This document shows, piece after piece, positions 15,456 through 28,013 of a stretch of 64,000 nucleotides of DNA. Source of the stretch: Eledone cirrhosa. Taxonomy: Eukaryota. The notes beneath the pieces are model-generated. The model was not told the origin of the DNA, searched no databases, and saw nothing but the letters and a program-made list of their open reading frames with translations. The translations under genes and the position numbers were made by a program. Where the stretch lies: NCBI GenBank assembly GCA_964016885.1, contig OZ024741.1:317192001-317256000 (forward strand). The letters are read 5' to 3'. Each line of letters starts with the position of its first letter. The first letter of the stretch is position 1.

Positions 15456-15498
15456 TAAGTCTTTTCTCTTTCTATATATATATATATTTATATATATA

Positions 15499-15703
15499 CT
15501 AGCTGAGATACCCAGCATCGCCAAGGTTACGGCAGAAGAAAAAACGTCTGTATTGAATGCATTGTCTTGTTTACAGTGTGTGTGTGTGTGTGTGTGTTTG
15601 TGTATATATATGTGTGTGTGTGTATGTGTATATATATATATATATGTGTGTGTATATATATGTGTGCGTGTGCCTGTGTGAGTGTTCGTGTGTGTGCGTG
15701 TGC

Positions 15704-15738
<35 letters not shown>

Positions 15739-17278
15739 CCACCGTTGGAATCGGAGACATAGGCCGCGAAACACGATCATCACTGACAACGAACTTGCAG
15801 AGAGAATCCCTAATGGTTGATTCCCAGCCTGCTAGAAATAACAGTCAGGTTGGTTGGAATACGTGCTATGTCTTTCTTCTTCTTTGGTGTTATAAAATGA
15901 GTATCAATAAACTTTCCTGGATATACTCTTATCCCAATCCTGTACATACTTTTCGATTGTCACTTTTCGTTTTTTTCGTGTGATACGCGAAGGAACCAAC
16001 CAACAAACATCTCTCTTTTATATCTCTTTTATTTCAAAGTATTTTTCAGCTAATTCTGTCGTACAATATACATCAGCAATCGTTATCTAATGTTTAAAAC
16101 ATATGATTAGCTGCGATATATGCACCATATCAATCAAAAACGATATGAGAATTGAATACCATACTAAAGCGCCAGTAAGCTTGCTAAGAACTTGCAGATA
16201 GAAATGTTAATAAATACATTTGGCTTGGGTAAACTTTAAAATGTTCTTTCATTGTAGGTTTCTTTTCTCAACCAGTACGTTAAAGAAAATTGATAGTTAC
16301 AACAATAAAGGTTGAACAGAGAACAAATTTTTTAACAAACTTTACAATAATTTTTGCAATATTTTTTGTTCGGCCCTCGGGAGCAAAGATGAAGAGATTG
16401 TTTGGCGAGCTCACCCTAGAGCATCCTACATACAATTGACCATGGTTTTCCCAGATGAATACCAGCCACTGTTAGGGTTTGACCCTGAGCTTTCTTGATG
16501 GTAATCGCGAAGCTTAGTCTCTCTGTTGCTCTAGTAACATTTTTTCTTCTGGAAAATCTGATCCTGCGGCCAGGCTAGGACATTTTGGGTGGCATATCGG
16601 CAGTAACAATGACGATAAGCCGTCTGTGCTTTCGTGAAATAAATACGTTTGTTTATATTTTGTTTTTGTGTATGCAAAAATATCTGTACACGAATATATA
16701 ATTATATATATATATATATATATGTGAAAAAAGGGGGAGAAGAATACTGCTGGTTGCACATGGATAACATGTAATAAAATAAGTCCCTCATCAGTGATTT
16801 GCCGACGATCATAGATATTTCATTGCATTAAAAATCATATACCTCACGTCGGTGCAATAATAACTAAATTAAGTTATTAGGACAATTAAAACGCGTAAAG
16901 CGAGTGAAACAAGATAACAACAAAGAGGATAGCTAACCGTAGAAGGAAGGGAACAAGCTTCATAGTTATTCTGTTAGCATAAGCTAGGTGAATATATGAG
17001 CGCTTAGAAAAAAGACCTTTCAGGAGCGAATTCAAAAGTGAGAAGAGAGAAAATGATTTCGTCGCGAAAGGGGTGAAGTGAGAAGAGGAGAAACAGTGAG
17101 TGAGTGAGTGGAAGTGTGAGGAAGAGTTAACTGACATGACAGAGGGGGCGAAAGAAAGTAGGAGAAACAGAGAGAGCGAGGGAGCAGTAAGAGAGAGAGA
17201 GAAAAAAAAACAGAATCGCAGTTTAGGTGAATATATGTGAAAAAAGGGGGAGAAGAATACTGCTGGTTGCACATGGAT

Positions 17279-17347
<69 letters not shown>

Positions 17348-17723
17348 TAACAGATTAAAGTTTAAGCAAAGAATCGCTGCTTTCACCCTTAACGGGATAT
17401 CTGAAACTAAAAATTTCAATCTGTGAACGCAGAAGTAAATATTTCGAAAAACGTTGCAACCGAAAGAAAACAGGAAGATGATACTTTGGTTCGTGAAGAC
17501 GTTAGGAATGTCGTATAACCGGAAGTGTTGACATTTGAAACTTTTAAAGAAGTGAATATTTAAATAATCTCTTTAATCTTTTAACAAAATTTAGTAGACA
17601 AAAATACCCTCACTTTCTTACTTGGAAAAAGTTTAATCTATGGTGCAAATTTGGTGCCGTTTAGTCCAGCCGCTTGGCGGAAAGTTTGTTACTTACATAC
17701 GGCCGTCAGCTTTATAGCATAGA
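15499..17723 (-). mobile_element. Probable non-autonomous Helitron with nested insertions
   Basis: On the minus strand it starts A|TCTATGCTATAAAGC and ends ...TGGCGATGCTGGGTATCTCAGCTAG|T: TC...CTAG termini, a decayed subterminal hairpin and an A|T target. Pairing of the two ends is inferred. Confidence 0.55.
16719..17282. repeat. ~50 bp direct repeat (16719-16769 and 17232-17282)
   Basis: TATATGTGAAAAAAGGGGGAGAAGAATACTGCTGGTTGCACATGGATAACA is present twice. Confidence 0.85.
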
Positions 17724-17751
17724 TGTATGTATGTATGTATATATAAGTATG

Positions 17752-17787
<36 letters not shown>

Positions 17788-18324
17788 CATATAAATATAT
17801 ACATAAACATGTATATATGTGTGTGTGTGTGTGCGTGTGTAGTTAGAACACTGAAATGAGAAAAACTATCTATCAAGTTAAGCCTGTCCTGTGAGGAGTG
17901 ACCACCATTGAGACTGTTTAAGTCAGAAGTCGTTTACTGCAAACAAAAGGTGTATTAAATAGTATAACCTGGTGAGGTCGCAATCATATGACCCTGTGTA
18001 TTGTCAGACATGCAGGTGTTTTAAGAGGTGTCTGGGTTTTTCCATGGGAGGAGCGTCGCGCAATTGAATGAGGAGGGGTTATAAGTTCAATCTTTAAAAA
18101 AATGTGTCCAGAAAATGTTTTGAATTCAGCACATCACAAACACACTCTCTGATAACAAGATCCAGCATTCGGAATATTTGTGAAGTATCAGGCTTCGTAC
18201 TGCTCACGTTTATGGTTGTAAGGCTTGTGCCATTATCCAACATACAAAAGATACGTGGTTAGATTCCTATACGCTTTTCTATCCACTTTACCAATCCAAT
18301 TTCGTAGGTAAAAGCATGATTAAC

Positions 18325-18512
18325 CGGTGAATTGGCAGTATCGGTAGAGAGTTGGACGCCATGCTTTGACGCATAGAGTTACGGCCCTTGCCATTCTGAG
18401 TTCAAATCCCGCCGAGGTTAACTTTGCCTTTCATCCTTATGGGGTCGATAAAATAAAGTACCAGTAATGTACTGGGTAATTGCTGGCCTTGTGCCAAAAG
18501 TAGAAACAATTA
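18325..18512 (+). mobile_element. tRNA-derived SINE
   Basis: Same family as 12570-12760. Confidence 0.9.
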
Positions 18513-18823
18513 TTTACGTTAATCATTCATAAATTAAACATATTAACTGTATGCGTGTATTTATTTGCTTGTGTGTGTGTTTGCGTGTTGGTGTGTACGT
18601 GCATGCGTGTGTGTACGTGCGTGCGTGTGGGTGTGGGTGTGTGTGTGTGTGAATATGTATGTGTATATGTGTTTGTATGTGTTTGTATGTGAGTTCAATA
18701 TTTCGAAAGAATTTAATTTTACCAAGAGATTATGACAAAGAATCACTGGAAACATAATAGAGTAATCTCAACAAAATCGAATCGTTAATATATATATATA
18801 TATTATGTATGTACGTATGTATG

Positions 18824-18889
<66 letters not shown>

Positions 18890-18933
18890 TATGTATGTAT
18901 GTATGTATGTATGTATGTATGTATGTATATATG

Positions 18934-19540
18934 TCAGGTCACCAGTTGGTGCTACTGGTAACATGTATCCCAGTACAACCTGTCTCATGGTCGGGTCGTT
19001 GGCGACTAAACTGGCAACCCCACCAAGGTTTCTTGGTGAGGAGGGTGACTTTGGACATCCTGCAGGACTAAAAACAAAACCTGTCAAAGGGCAAGGGAGC
19101 TCTTAAGAGTCAATAGCCATCCAAAATCACTGGGAGAGATGACCCCTTAGCCTTTGTCAAGGCAGAATTCTAGGAGAAGGAAAACTCTGATATAACACCT
19201 GCAACCCTGATGGTATCCAATGATGTTGACTTGTTCTTCTTTTTGGTAAATATCATCTTGGTTAAGAGAGTGGGACTGGCTTTGTGCAGTGCCTTTGCTC
19301 ACTATAAAAGCTTCACAGCACAGGCATTGCTTTATATCTGGAGATCTCTCTGCACTTGTCATCACATGGTACCATGGGCCCTGCACTATGTGTCAATAAT
19401 GGTCACAAGTGTAGTCTTTGTACCAGAGTTTTCAAGTCGCTGGCTGGACTAAAAAGTCACATTCGTTCAGCGCATCGGTAGGGGTTCTCCTACATGGATA
19501 TAAAGTAGTGGCCGTACTCGAAAACGAGTTGGCAGCCACC
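18934..19540 (+). mobile_element. Bipartite non-autonomous RTE-derived element, longest copy, with (ATGT)n-type tail
   Basis: The 5' part has RTE-type UTR motifs (CTAGGAGAAGGAAAACTCTGA). The 3' part encodes HKCSLCTRVFKSLAGLKSHIRSAHR*, a C2H2 finger like those at RTE ORF C-termini. Two more copies are in the window. Confidence 0.8.
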
Positions 19541-19605
<65 letters not shown>

Positions 19606-19649
19606 ATATATATATATTATGTATGTATGTATGTATGTATGTATGTATG

Positions 19650-19701
<52 letters not shown>

Positions 19702-19759
19702 ATATATGTGTGTGTAAGTTCCTCTTGCCACACTTATACTTAGAGTAATATAGATCAGC

Positions 19760-20705
19760 AAATTAGGTAAGTGAAGTAGTCTATCTTGGACCAACAACCG
19801 CTGTATTGGCTCTCACTTTGAAGGGTATCCTTTTGCAATCCCAAAACAGCAAATCAATACAAAATACCTGAAACACAAAAGATATGCAGGCAAAACTCTT
19901 AAAGGTGACGAGAAATGCAAACTCTGCAGAATTAACATCGAAAATGTCGCCCACATCATAAGCAGCTGTCCAAAAATGTCATCAAGGTACTATCTACCTC
20001 TGAGACATGATATAGTGGCGAAAACGCTATATAATGCAATCTGTAGAAAAGATACACCTGACAATAAACACATTAAAGTTACAGCAATGTAGCGGACATA
20101 AACATACATAATATAAAAAATTGCCGGTGGAATGTTCCAATCAAATCCCCAATAAAATGCAGATATAGGGATATGGGACAGTGAAAAAAAGCCATGCACA
20201 GTTGAGGAAGTTAGCTGCCCAGCAGATGTCAATATAATACTACAGATTAACGAAAAAGAGAACATCTATGCAGAACTAATAAGGAATCTGCAGATACTCC
20301 ACCCTGACTATACCCTCAATATTTATACCTGTGATTATTGGGGTTCTGGGATATGTTCCTAACTGCACCAATACAAATCTTGAGTAACAAGGGCCTCTCA
20401 GAACCTGAAAGATCACGACTAGTTAGGAAGTTACAACTACAATCCATTAATGGAACTGTTAAATGAAATATAACATTCCAAAAATTCTGCATGTAATAAC
20501 TGCATATACACATATACAGATACAAAACATATGCTGGTGCACACATATAGCTCAAAGCATACATGTCCGCACGCACGCATGCAGAGATGCATACATAATT
20601 ACCTAGTTGATGTTTAAATTCCAATGAAAGAGTCTTGCGTCTATGTTAGAAACCGACTCTATTGGTAATTTACTTTTTAAACATAAAATAATGAAACCAG
20701 AAAAA
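19760..20705 (+). mobile_element. 5'-truncated, diverged R4/Dong-like element (CCHC + RLE region)
   Basis: CKLCRINIENVAHIISSCPKMSSRYYLPLRHDIVAK...WDSEKKPCTVEEVSCPADVN...EKENIYAEL. The 3' UTR matches the other copies. Confidence 0.85.
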
Positions 20706-20742
20706 AATAATATTATTGAATAATATTTTAATTTAACATTTC

Positions 20743-20773
<31 letters not shown>

Positions 20774-20929
20774 AGTGTGTGTAAAGAGAGAGAGAGAGAG
20801 AAAGAGAGAGTGGAGGGGCGAGATATGATGGAGAGAGGGTGAGAGTGAGAGTGGGGATAGAAATAGATCTACATGTGCACATTTGTAAATATGCGTATAT
20901 AACTGCATATGTATAATATATTTACATAT

Positions 20930-20998
<69 letters not shown>

Positions 20999-21021
20999 AG
21001 TAAATATACGTATATATATAC

Positions 21022-21053
<32 letters not shown>

Positions 21054-21441
21054 GTGTGTGTGTGTGTACATATATATATATATATATATTATATATATAA
21101 TATATACTTTCATATGCCTCAATACATATTCCTGTTATCCTTATTCATCGATTTTCTACAATATCCTAGAGGAAGGTTTCCAATAATTCTTTGTTTTAAT
21201 TATTTAATAGAATTTAAATCAATTGAAATATTTAACTCAATTAACTCCTATTTATTGATGTAATTATAGTTATAATCATTTCTATTGTTATCACATAATA
21301 ATAATTGCTATATTTATGATTATTGAAATTATTATTTTTCAAATAATATAGCGAAATTAACCGTGAAAAGGGGAAAAAAGCGCTCAATCTAGCACAAGGG
21401 AGCTAAGTTATTTTTGTTATTATTTTGTTCATACAGAGTTA

Positions 21442-21668
21442 CCTAAATCAGATGGTTTGGCAAAATCGGTAGAGCGTCAGACAGCATACTTTGCAGCATA
21501 GAGTTATGGCCCTTTAAGTTCTCAGTTCAAATCCGCCGAGGTTAACTTTGCCTTTGTTCCTTACGAGGTCGATATAATAAAGCACCAGTAACGTACTGGG
21601 GTTGATTTAATCGAATTTCCCCCTCTTCCCAAATTACTGGCCTTGTGCCTATACTAGAAATAGTTATA
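21442..21668 (+). mobile_element. tRNA-derived SINE preceded by a remnant of another SINE's 3' end
   Basis: Same family. The junction is identical to 42813-42849. Confidence 0.85.
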
Positions 21669-22771
21669 ATTTATACACGTAACATGTATTGCGCTACCTT
21701 AGGTTTCAAGGTTTAAGTATAGTAAACAATTCACATTTAAACAAGGGCCATATCCCTTAGAAAGTTGATCAACAGATTTTCCGAGTTACAGCCCCTTTCC
21801 TGCATAGGAATTTATAAAGAGATCTCGTTCAGACATTTACTTTGCGCCCGATGACATATGCCTAAGTCTTGCACTGCTGCTTTATACATTCTGCTTAAAG
21901 TAGCGCGATGCATGTTACGTGTGTGTCAATCATATATATATCAATATATATATAGTAAATGAGTGAAGAATAACGTGGTCGGCTGTACAATAGGGTTTAT
22001 TCAAAGTATTAACAATTGTTTCATTTGTCTGGTGTGTCTATATATATATGAGGGGGGTTCGCTTTGTATTAGCGAGAAATACAGGACATTACAGGGCTTA
22101 AAGTCACCCAATAGATATCTGAACAATAAGACAGGGGTGTTCCGAAAATGGCCACATATGAACGCACACGTTGTCTGTGCATTATTACTGACTTGCGGAG
22201 TGGTGTTGAACCACTATTATCGCGTGTAGGACGGATCCTGATAACGACCGTGTCCACCGTGGAGATCATCCCGCTGCCTTCTTTTAGCCGGAAAGGGCAG
22301 GCAGTTTTCCTCAGCCTGGAGGCTGTAGCAAAAGAGATTGTATATGCTGGACAAAGCTGAAAGAACTGAAGACAGAAACTTCCTCTTCGGTCAAGCCCTC
22401 ATCAACCTTTTCAAGTTCCATTTGTAAAGAAAGTGAAGTGGAAAGGGAAGTGCTGTCTCCCAGCACATTTGTTAAAAGGTGAGTGTATGTAGCGAGGGTG
22501 GCCTGTGTGAATGGGTCTACTCTGACCATAGGCTTGAAGGCTGGCTAGTTTGTAGAGGAGAGGGGCGCCTTCCTAGAGTGCTCTTGGAGAGTTTAGGATT
22601 TGTGTTATTCGGGTGTCATTCGTCAGTGTTACTCCCTTTTATTGTGGAATTTTCATTATCTGTTATCTTTTTTAATTCGATTTATTTGTAAACCTCCACT
22701 GTCCCTATCGTTTGTATAGTCCTACATGTTTCGGACTTCATGGCCAATAAACAAATAATAGTAATTATTAT

Positions 22772-22995
22772 TGGGGTGGATTGGCAGAATCGGTAGAGCG
22801 TCGGAAAATTTGCTTTTGCTGTATTTAGTTATGGCCCTTTACGTTCAGAGTTCAAATCCCGCCGAGTTTAGCTTTGCCTTTCTTCCTGACGGGGTCCATA
22901 CAATAAAGTACCAATTATGCACTGGGGTCGATTTAATCGACTTTCCCCGCCCCTTCAAATTGCTGGCCTTGTGCCTAAATTAGAAACCATTATTA
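22772..22995 (+). mobile_element. tRNA-derived SINE
   Basis: Same family, ends AGAAACCATTATTATT. Confidence 0.9.
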
Positions 22996-24004
22996 TTATC
23001 AGCGTTATCATCATTATCATATCTTTTTATTGGCCGCAAGGGCCCTAGGTATTGACAATATAAAGACATTAGCAAATGATAATCATAATGGCTTCTTTAT
23101 TAGCCACACAGGGCCCACATTAAGAACTCAATGAAGACAACACAGAACGATAATGATAATAGTGATTCGACTGTAATAGCCTGCTAACAGTAATGTTAAT
23201 GATAGCACAGGAACTAGTACTACTAACAATAGTAATACCATTGACGACTATACTATTAACAACAACAATCATCCCTCATGTTAGAAATAAAAGTGATAGC
23301 AATTTTAGTTTTAGTGATACGGTCGTCGTCGTCCCCCCCCCCCATTTACTTGTGAAGCGATTCCTAATCATAAATAAGCAATAAATAGATATGTAAAGGT
23401 ATGAGAAAATAATAAGATAACGAGTTACGACTCATACAATATAAATACCGGGAGAAGTAAAGGGATATCCGAGTATTTGAGTAATAGATGGATTTATATC
23501 TTAAAGTTATCATTTACGCTGTTCGATAAAATTTACCAGATATACTGACTATATACTGACCAAATACTGAAATGAAATACCGATTGATAACTACCAATTG
23601 ATAACGCGTATCATCTGAGAAGTATGAGCTGGTGAAACGGGGGTTGCTCTAAGTGTAAAAAAAAAAAACAAGAATCAAGATGAAGATATTGAGATGGGGG
23701 ACAAGAAAAAAGATTGGATTAATAGGAACCACCTCCAAATATATACCAAAGGGTAGCCACGTCCTGGGTGACACAAAACAATCATCTCTAGCTGAGCGGT
23801 GAAGAAACAACACCTAAGCCCACCAGCCAGTATATCGGATAACAATTACATCATTAGTGTTTATACAAGTAAAGAACTGTCTAATGAGATTATATCTGAA
23901 TATTACATAAAAGATGCTATCGAAATACGTATAACAAAGATTGTGTAATAAATAGAATGTGGTGAAATTCAGACATACTAATTTCTAATTCATTGTTATA
24001 TATG

Positions 24005-24077
<73 letters not shown>

Positions 24078-24431
24078 TTGTATATATACATTCGTACATA
24101 TATATATATCTATGTATGCATATATAGGGGTGGCATGTGTGTCAGATAGAGAATGGGGAACAGTATGTATGCGTGTCCGTGTCCATATATAAATTTTCTG
24201 TCTAAAGACACAGCACTCTTTATTGTAACACAACTAACCTAGAGGTTAAATCTAAATGTATAAATGTATATATTGATCATATACTTCATACATAGCAGAA
24301 GCCAGACACGCACACACGCGCACGCACGCACACACACATACACACACACACACATGTATATGTGTAGATATATATCGTATATATATTATATATATATATA
24401 TATATGTGCAAATATAGATGTATACATAGAA

Positions 24432-24492
<61 letters not shown>

Positions 24493-24577
24493 TCTATGTA
24501 TACATCTATATATGCATATATATATATTTTTCTAGGTGTGCTTAAGCGTATAAATGTATGTCTACATATACATATGT

Positions 24578-24692
<115 letters not shown>

Positions 24693-25239
24693 CTTGTGTT
24701 CACTGTATCACGTGTTTCTGGCAAAATGGTATGTGCCTATAGGTCATTATGTATTGTTCATGATATCAATACAACTGGACACAACGAATGACCTCAGTGT
24801 CTTTCAATTCTTGTCAGTCTCTGGTGGACAATTGTCTCTCTTTTGTCGGCTGCATCTGTTCTTGTAAATTTAACATTTCAAAGGAGCAGACGTTCACACG
24901 TCTGCCTTTATCAACATTTTACTTATTGTGTGTATGTGTGTATGTGCCTGTGTGCATGTGTGTAAATATATGTATCTATATACGTATATTTATTTATGTA
25001 CATATATGTGTATGTATTCATACACGGATACACACATACGTACACACGCGCACGCATACTTATGCACACACATACATATATATATATGCGCGTGTGTGTG
25101 TGTGTGTGTGTGTGTATGAAAAGATTCAGGACCCCGAGAAGGCTGAGGTCCGGCCGTTTTGACAGCTAGATCCGAACTGAAGCGCCAGTATTCAAGATAC
25201 AGTACTACCAACACTAACATTCATTTAGAAACCCGGCCC

Positions 25240-25450
25240 GGCGACACGCTACAGCACTTTCTGCTGTTTGCCAAATACCAATTATTAAACAAAAAGGATG
25301 AACTCGTTATCTCGTGTAAACACAGAATATATAGGACATATCTGACTTTCAAACCCCCTCACGACCCAGGTGAGCAGATCTTGGCTTTGCTATCCTTCTC
25401 GCCTACACACTAAGATTGAAGAAGCCCTTAGCATCCCTAGGTAGAAATAA
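25240..25450 (+). mobile_element. Penelope-like 3' fragment
   Basis: LLFAKYQLLNKKDELVISCKHR resembles the PLE C-terminal LNKRxELxxxCRH motif. Confidence 0.55.
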
Positions 25451-26297
25451 AATATTTTCATTATTGCAAACATATACATATTGCCTAAAAGGACCAGCCG
25501 AGTAGATACCTATGACACATTACTAGACCTATTACTCCCAGTTTAAGCACGAGGCACAAGTTTAATCACAGCCATTGATGGACTGCCGCAATGGCACGCC
25601 TGGTATATAGAGTAAATGTGTACTAACGTATAAACTTACATTAGGCCTTGGCATAAGCACCATCAAAAACTATAGCATTAGAATTGTTAAAGAAAGCTAT
25701 TAGTTAGGATCCAATTATATTACTTATTTTTGCTAAGTTATTGCGATGGCTTTGATATTTCACTTTGAGGCATTTCTTATAAAAACTAGGAATCTACTTT
25801 ACTATAGAATCTTAGCTAACTTACGACAGCACAAGAACCGAAACAATTAGTACTATCTTTAAGATTAATGGTAGATTTATTGGTGCTTGAAATAAGTAAA
25901 TTAGTGAATGAGGCGCTTTTCCCGGACGATAGAGTAATTGATAACTAGATTTCTCTATGAGGAGAAGAAATAGTAATAATTTATAAATGCTTAGCTTTTT
26001 AGCAAATGGTAAAGAAAAAGCAAATTAACAAACACATAAATATACTACGCCATTCTCTTTGACTTAAATACACCGAAATTATATTTTCTCTCGTTGGTCT
26101 TTTCCTTTTGAATCTGATGAAGTTATGTACAATAACATTTCTACAGATTAGAAAGTGTTGATAAGGAAATGTTCTCTCTGAATAGCGTGTGCGCGACTGA
26201 CTGGCTTAACACTTTCAGGTCAATAAGTCTACTCATCCATTTCCTCTGGCTTTTTGGCTTATCTAACCCTTTCTTTGTCGCCATGAGTGTAATAAAT

Positions 26298-26612
26298 ATA
26301 ATTGTTTCTACTTTTGGCACATGGCCAGCAATTATCTCAGTGCATTACTGGTACTTTATTTTATCGACCCCGTAAGGATGAAAGGCAAAGTTAACCTCGA
26401 CCGGATTTGAACTCAGACCGTAAAGATGTGTAACTCTATGCTGAAAAGCATGGCGTCTGACCCTCTACCGATACTGCCAATCCACCACCCTGTAATAAAT
26501 ATAATTGTTTCTACATTTGGCACAGGACCAGTAATTATCCCAGTGCATTACTGGTACTTTATTTTATCGACCTCGTAAAGATGAAAGGCAAAGTTAACCT
26601 CGGCGGGATTTG
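26298..26612 (-). mobile_element. Two tandem SINE copies (the second is 5'-truncated)
   Basis: TGTAATAAATATAATTGTTTCTAC...ACTGGTACTTTATTTTATCGACC is repeated at ~26288 and ~26491. Confidence 0.9.
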
Positions 26613-26725
26613 ATTACTGACCACTCCCGGAGAAAAAAAACAAAAAAAAAACAAAAAAAAAAAAACGAGGATTTTTTTTTTGCTTTGGCTATCTGCGCAT
26701 ATATGGACTGTACCCCTTTATAGGT

Positions 26726-26831
26726 TCAGCTAGATTCCCGCCGTTTGAATACTGGCGCTTCATTTCGGATATGTTTCGACTGCTAGATCCGAACTGAAGC
26801 GCCAGTATTCAAACGGCGGGAATCTAGCTGA
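26726..26831. repeat. GC-rich ~45 bp-arm inverted repeat running into a CORE-type SINE (~26814-26935, +)
   Basis: TCAGCTAGATTCCCGCCGTTTGAATACTGGCGCTTCA / TGAAGCGCCAGTATTCAAACGGCGGGAATCTAGCTGA, then GAGTTCGATTCC and GTCCTTCAGCAAGACACTT. Confidence 0.8.
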
Positions 26832-27046
26832 GTGGTTAGAGAATTGGATTCGCAATCTTGAGGTTGTGAGTTCGATTCCTGGACCGGGCGATGCGTTATG
26901 TCCTTCAGCAAGACACTTTATTTCACGCTGTTCCTTCTACCTGGAGTTGCGACCGAAAGATAGTATTAGCAATTGGAAAGACCAATGGAAACATTGTTTC
27001 CTCGGTCCGATTTGACGAAAGTCGATCGATATATATATATATATAT

Positions 27047-27216
27047 AAATGTAATCTGAGTTTTTTTAATATTAATAATTACATTAGATTCATTTGCAAA
27101 CAAGCCTGATTTTTATAGCCCTGTCAGTAGAATGAACCCTTCATTCTTGCTCTTGTGTTGGCATGTAAACAAAACTGCAGACACTAATGTTTCTGGGATT
27201 CACCCTTCATCAGTAC
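27047..27216 (-). mobile_element. Second copy of the hammerhead-containing Penelope-like terminal repeat
   Basis: Matches 10378-10556. Hammerhead core at 27175-27216. Confidence 0.75.
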
Positions 27217-27548
27217 ATCAGTACACATATATATATGTATATGCATGCATATATATATATTTACACTACAGCCATTTGAAGATATTCAATGACAGGGATA
27301 GTAATGATGCTGTTGTATCTATATACAGTATGTATGTAATTATGACTGAAAAGAGAGCTCGCTCTACTAATCTACATAATTTTAGCGTTTACAATGAGAT
27401 GTTTTAATATGTTAAAATGTGTTTACACACATTCTAGTGATTCTCTTTTTTGCAAATATGTACAGTATGTATGTATGTATGTATGTATGTATGTATGTAT
27501 GTATGTATGTATGTATGTATGTATGTATGTATGTATGTATGTATGTAT

Positions 27549-27972
27549 CCATCCAAAATCACCGGGAGAGATGACCCCTTGGCCTTTGTCAATGCAGAAT
27601 TCTAGGAGAAGGAAAACTCTGATATAACACCTGCAACTCTGATGGTATCCAATGATGTTGACTTGTTCTTCTTTTTGGTAAATATCATCTTGGTTAAGAG
27701 AGTGGGACTCGCTTTGTGCAGTGCCTTTGCTCACTATAAAAGCATCACTGCACAGGCATTGCTTTATATCTGGAGATCTCTCTGCACTTGTCGTCACATG
27801 GTACCAAGAGCCCAGCACTATGTGTGAGTAATTGTCACAAGTGTAGTGTTTGTACCAGAGTTTTCAAGTCGCTGGCTGGACTAAAAAGTCACACTCGTTC
27901 AGCGCATCGGTAGGGGTTCTCCTACATGGATATAAAGTAGTGGCCGTACTCGAAAACGAGTTGGCATCCACC
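27549..27972 (+). mobile_element. Non-autonomous RTE-derived element, 5'-truncated copy 2
   Basis: Nearly identical to 19117-19540 and flanked by (TATG)n on both sides. Confidence 0.85.
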
Positions 27973-28013
27973 ATGTATATATATATACATGTATGTATAT
28001 GTATGTATGTATG

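Noticed and set aside
21960-22750. GC-richer segment with short ORFs, possible exon or TE fragment
   Set aside because: I could not recognise any motif or consistent reading frame.
26112-26150. CTGATGA with a short stem
   Set aside because: The GAAA half of the hammerhead core is missing.
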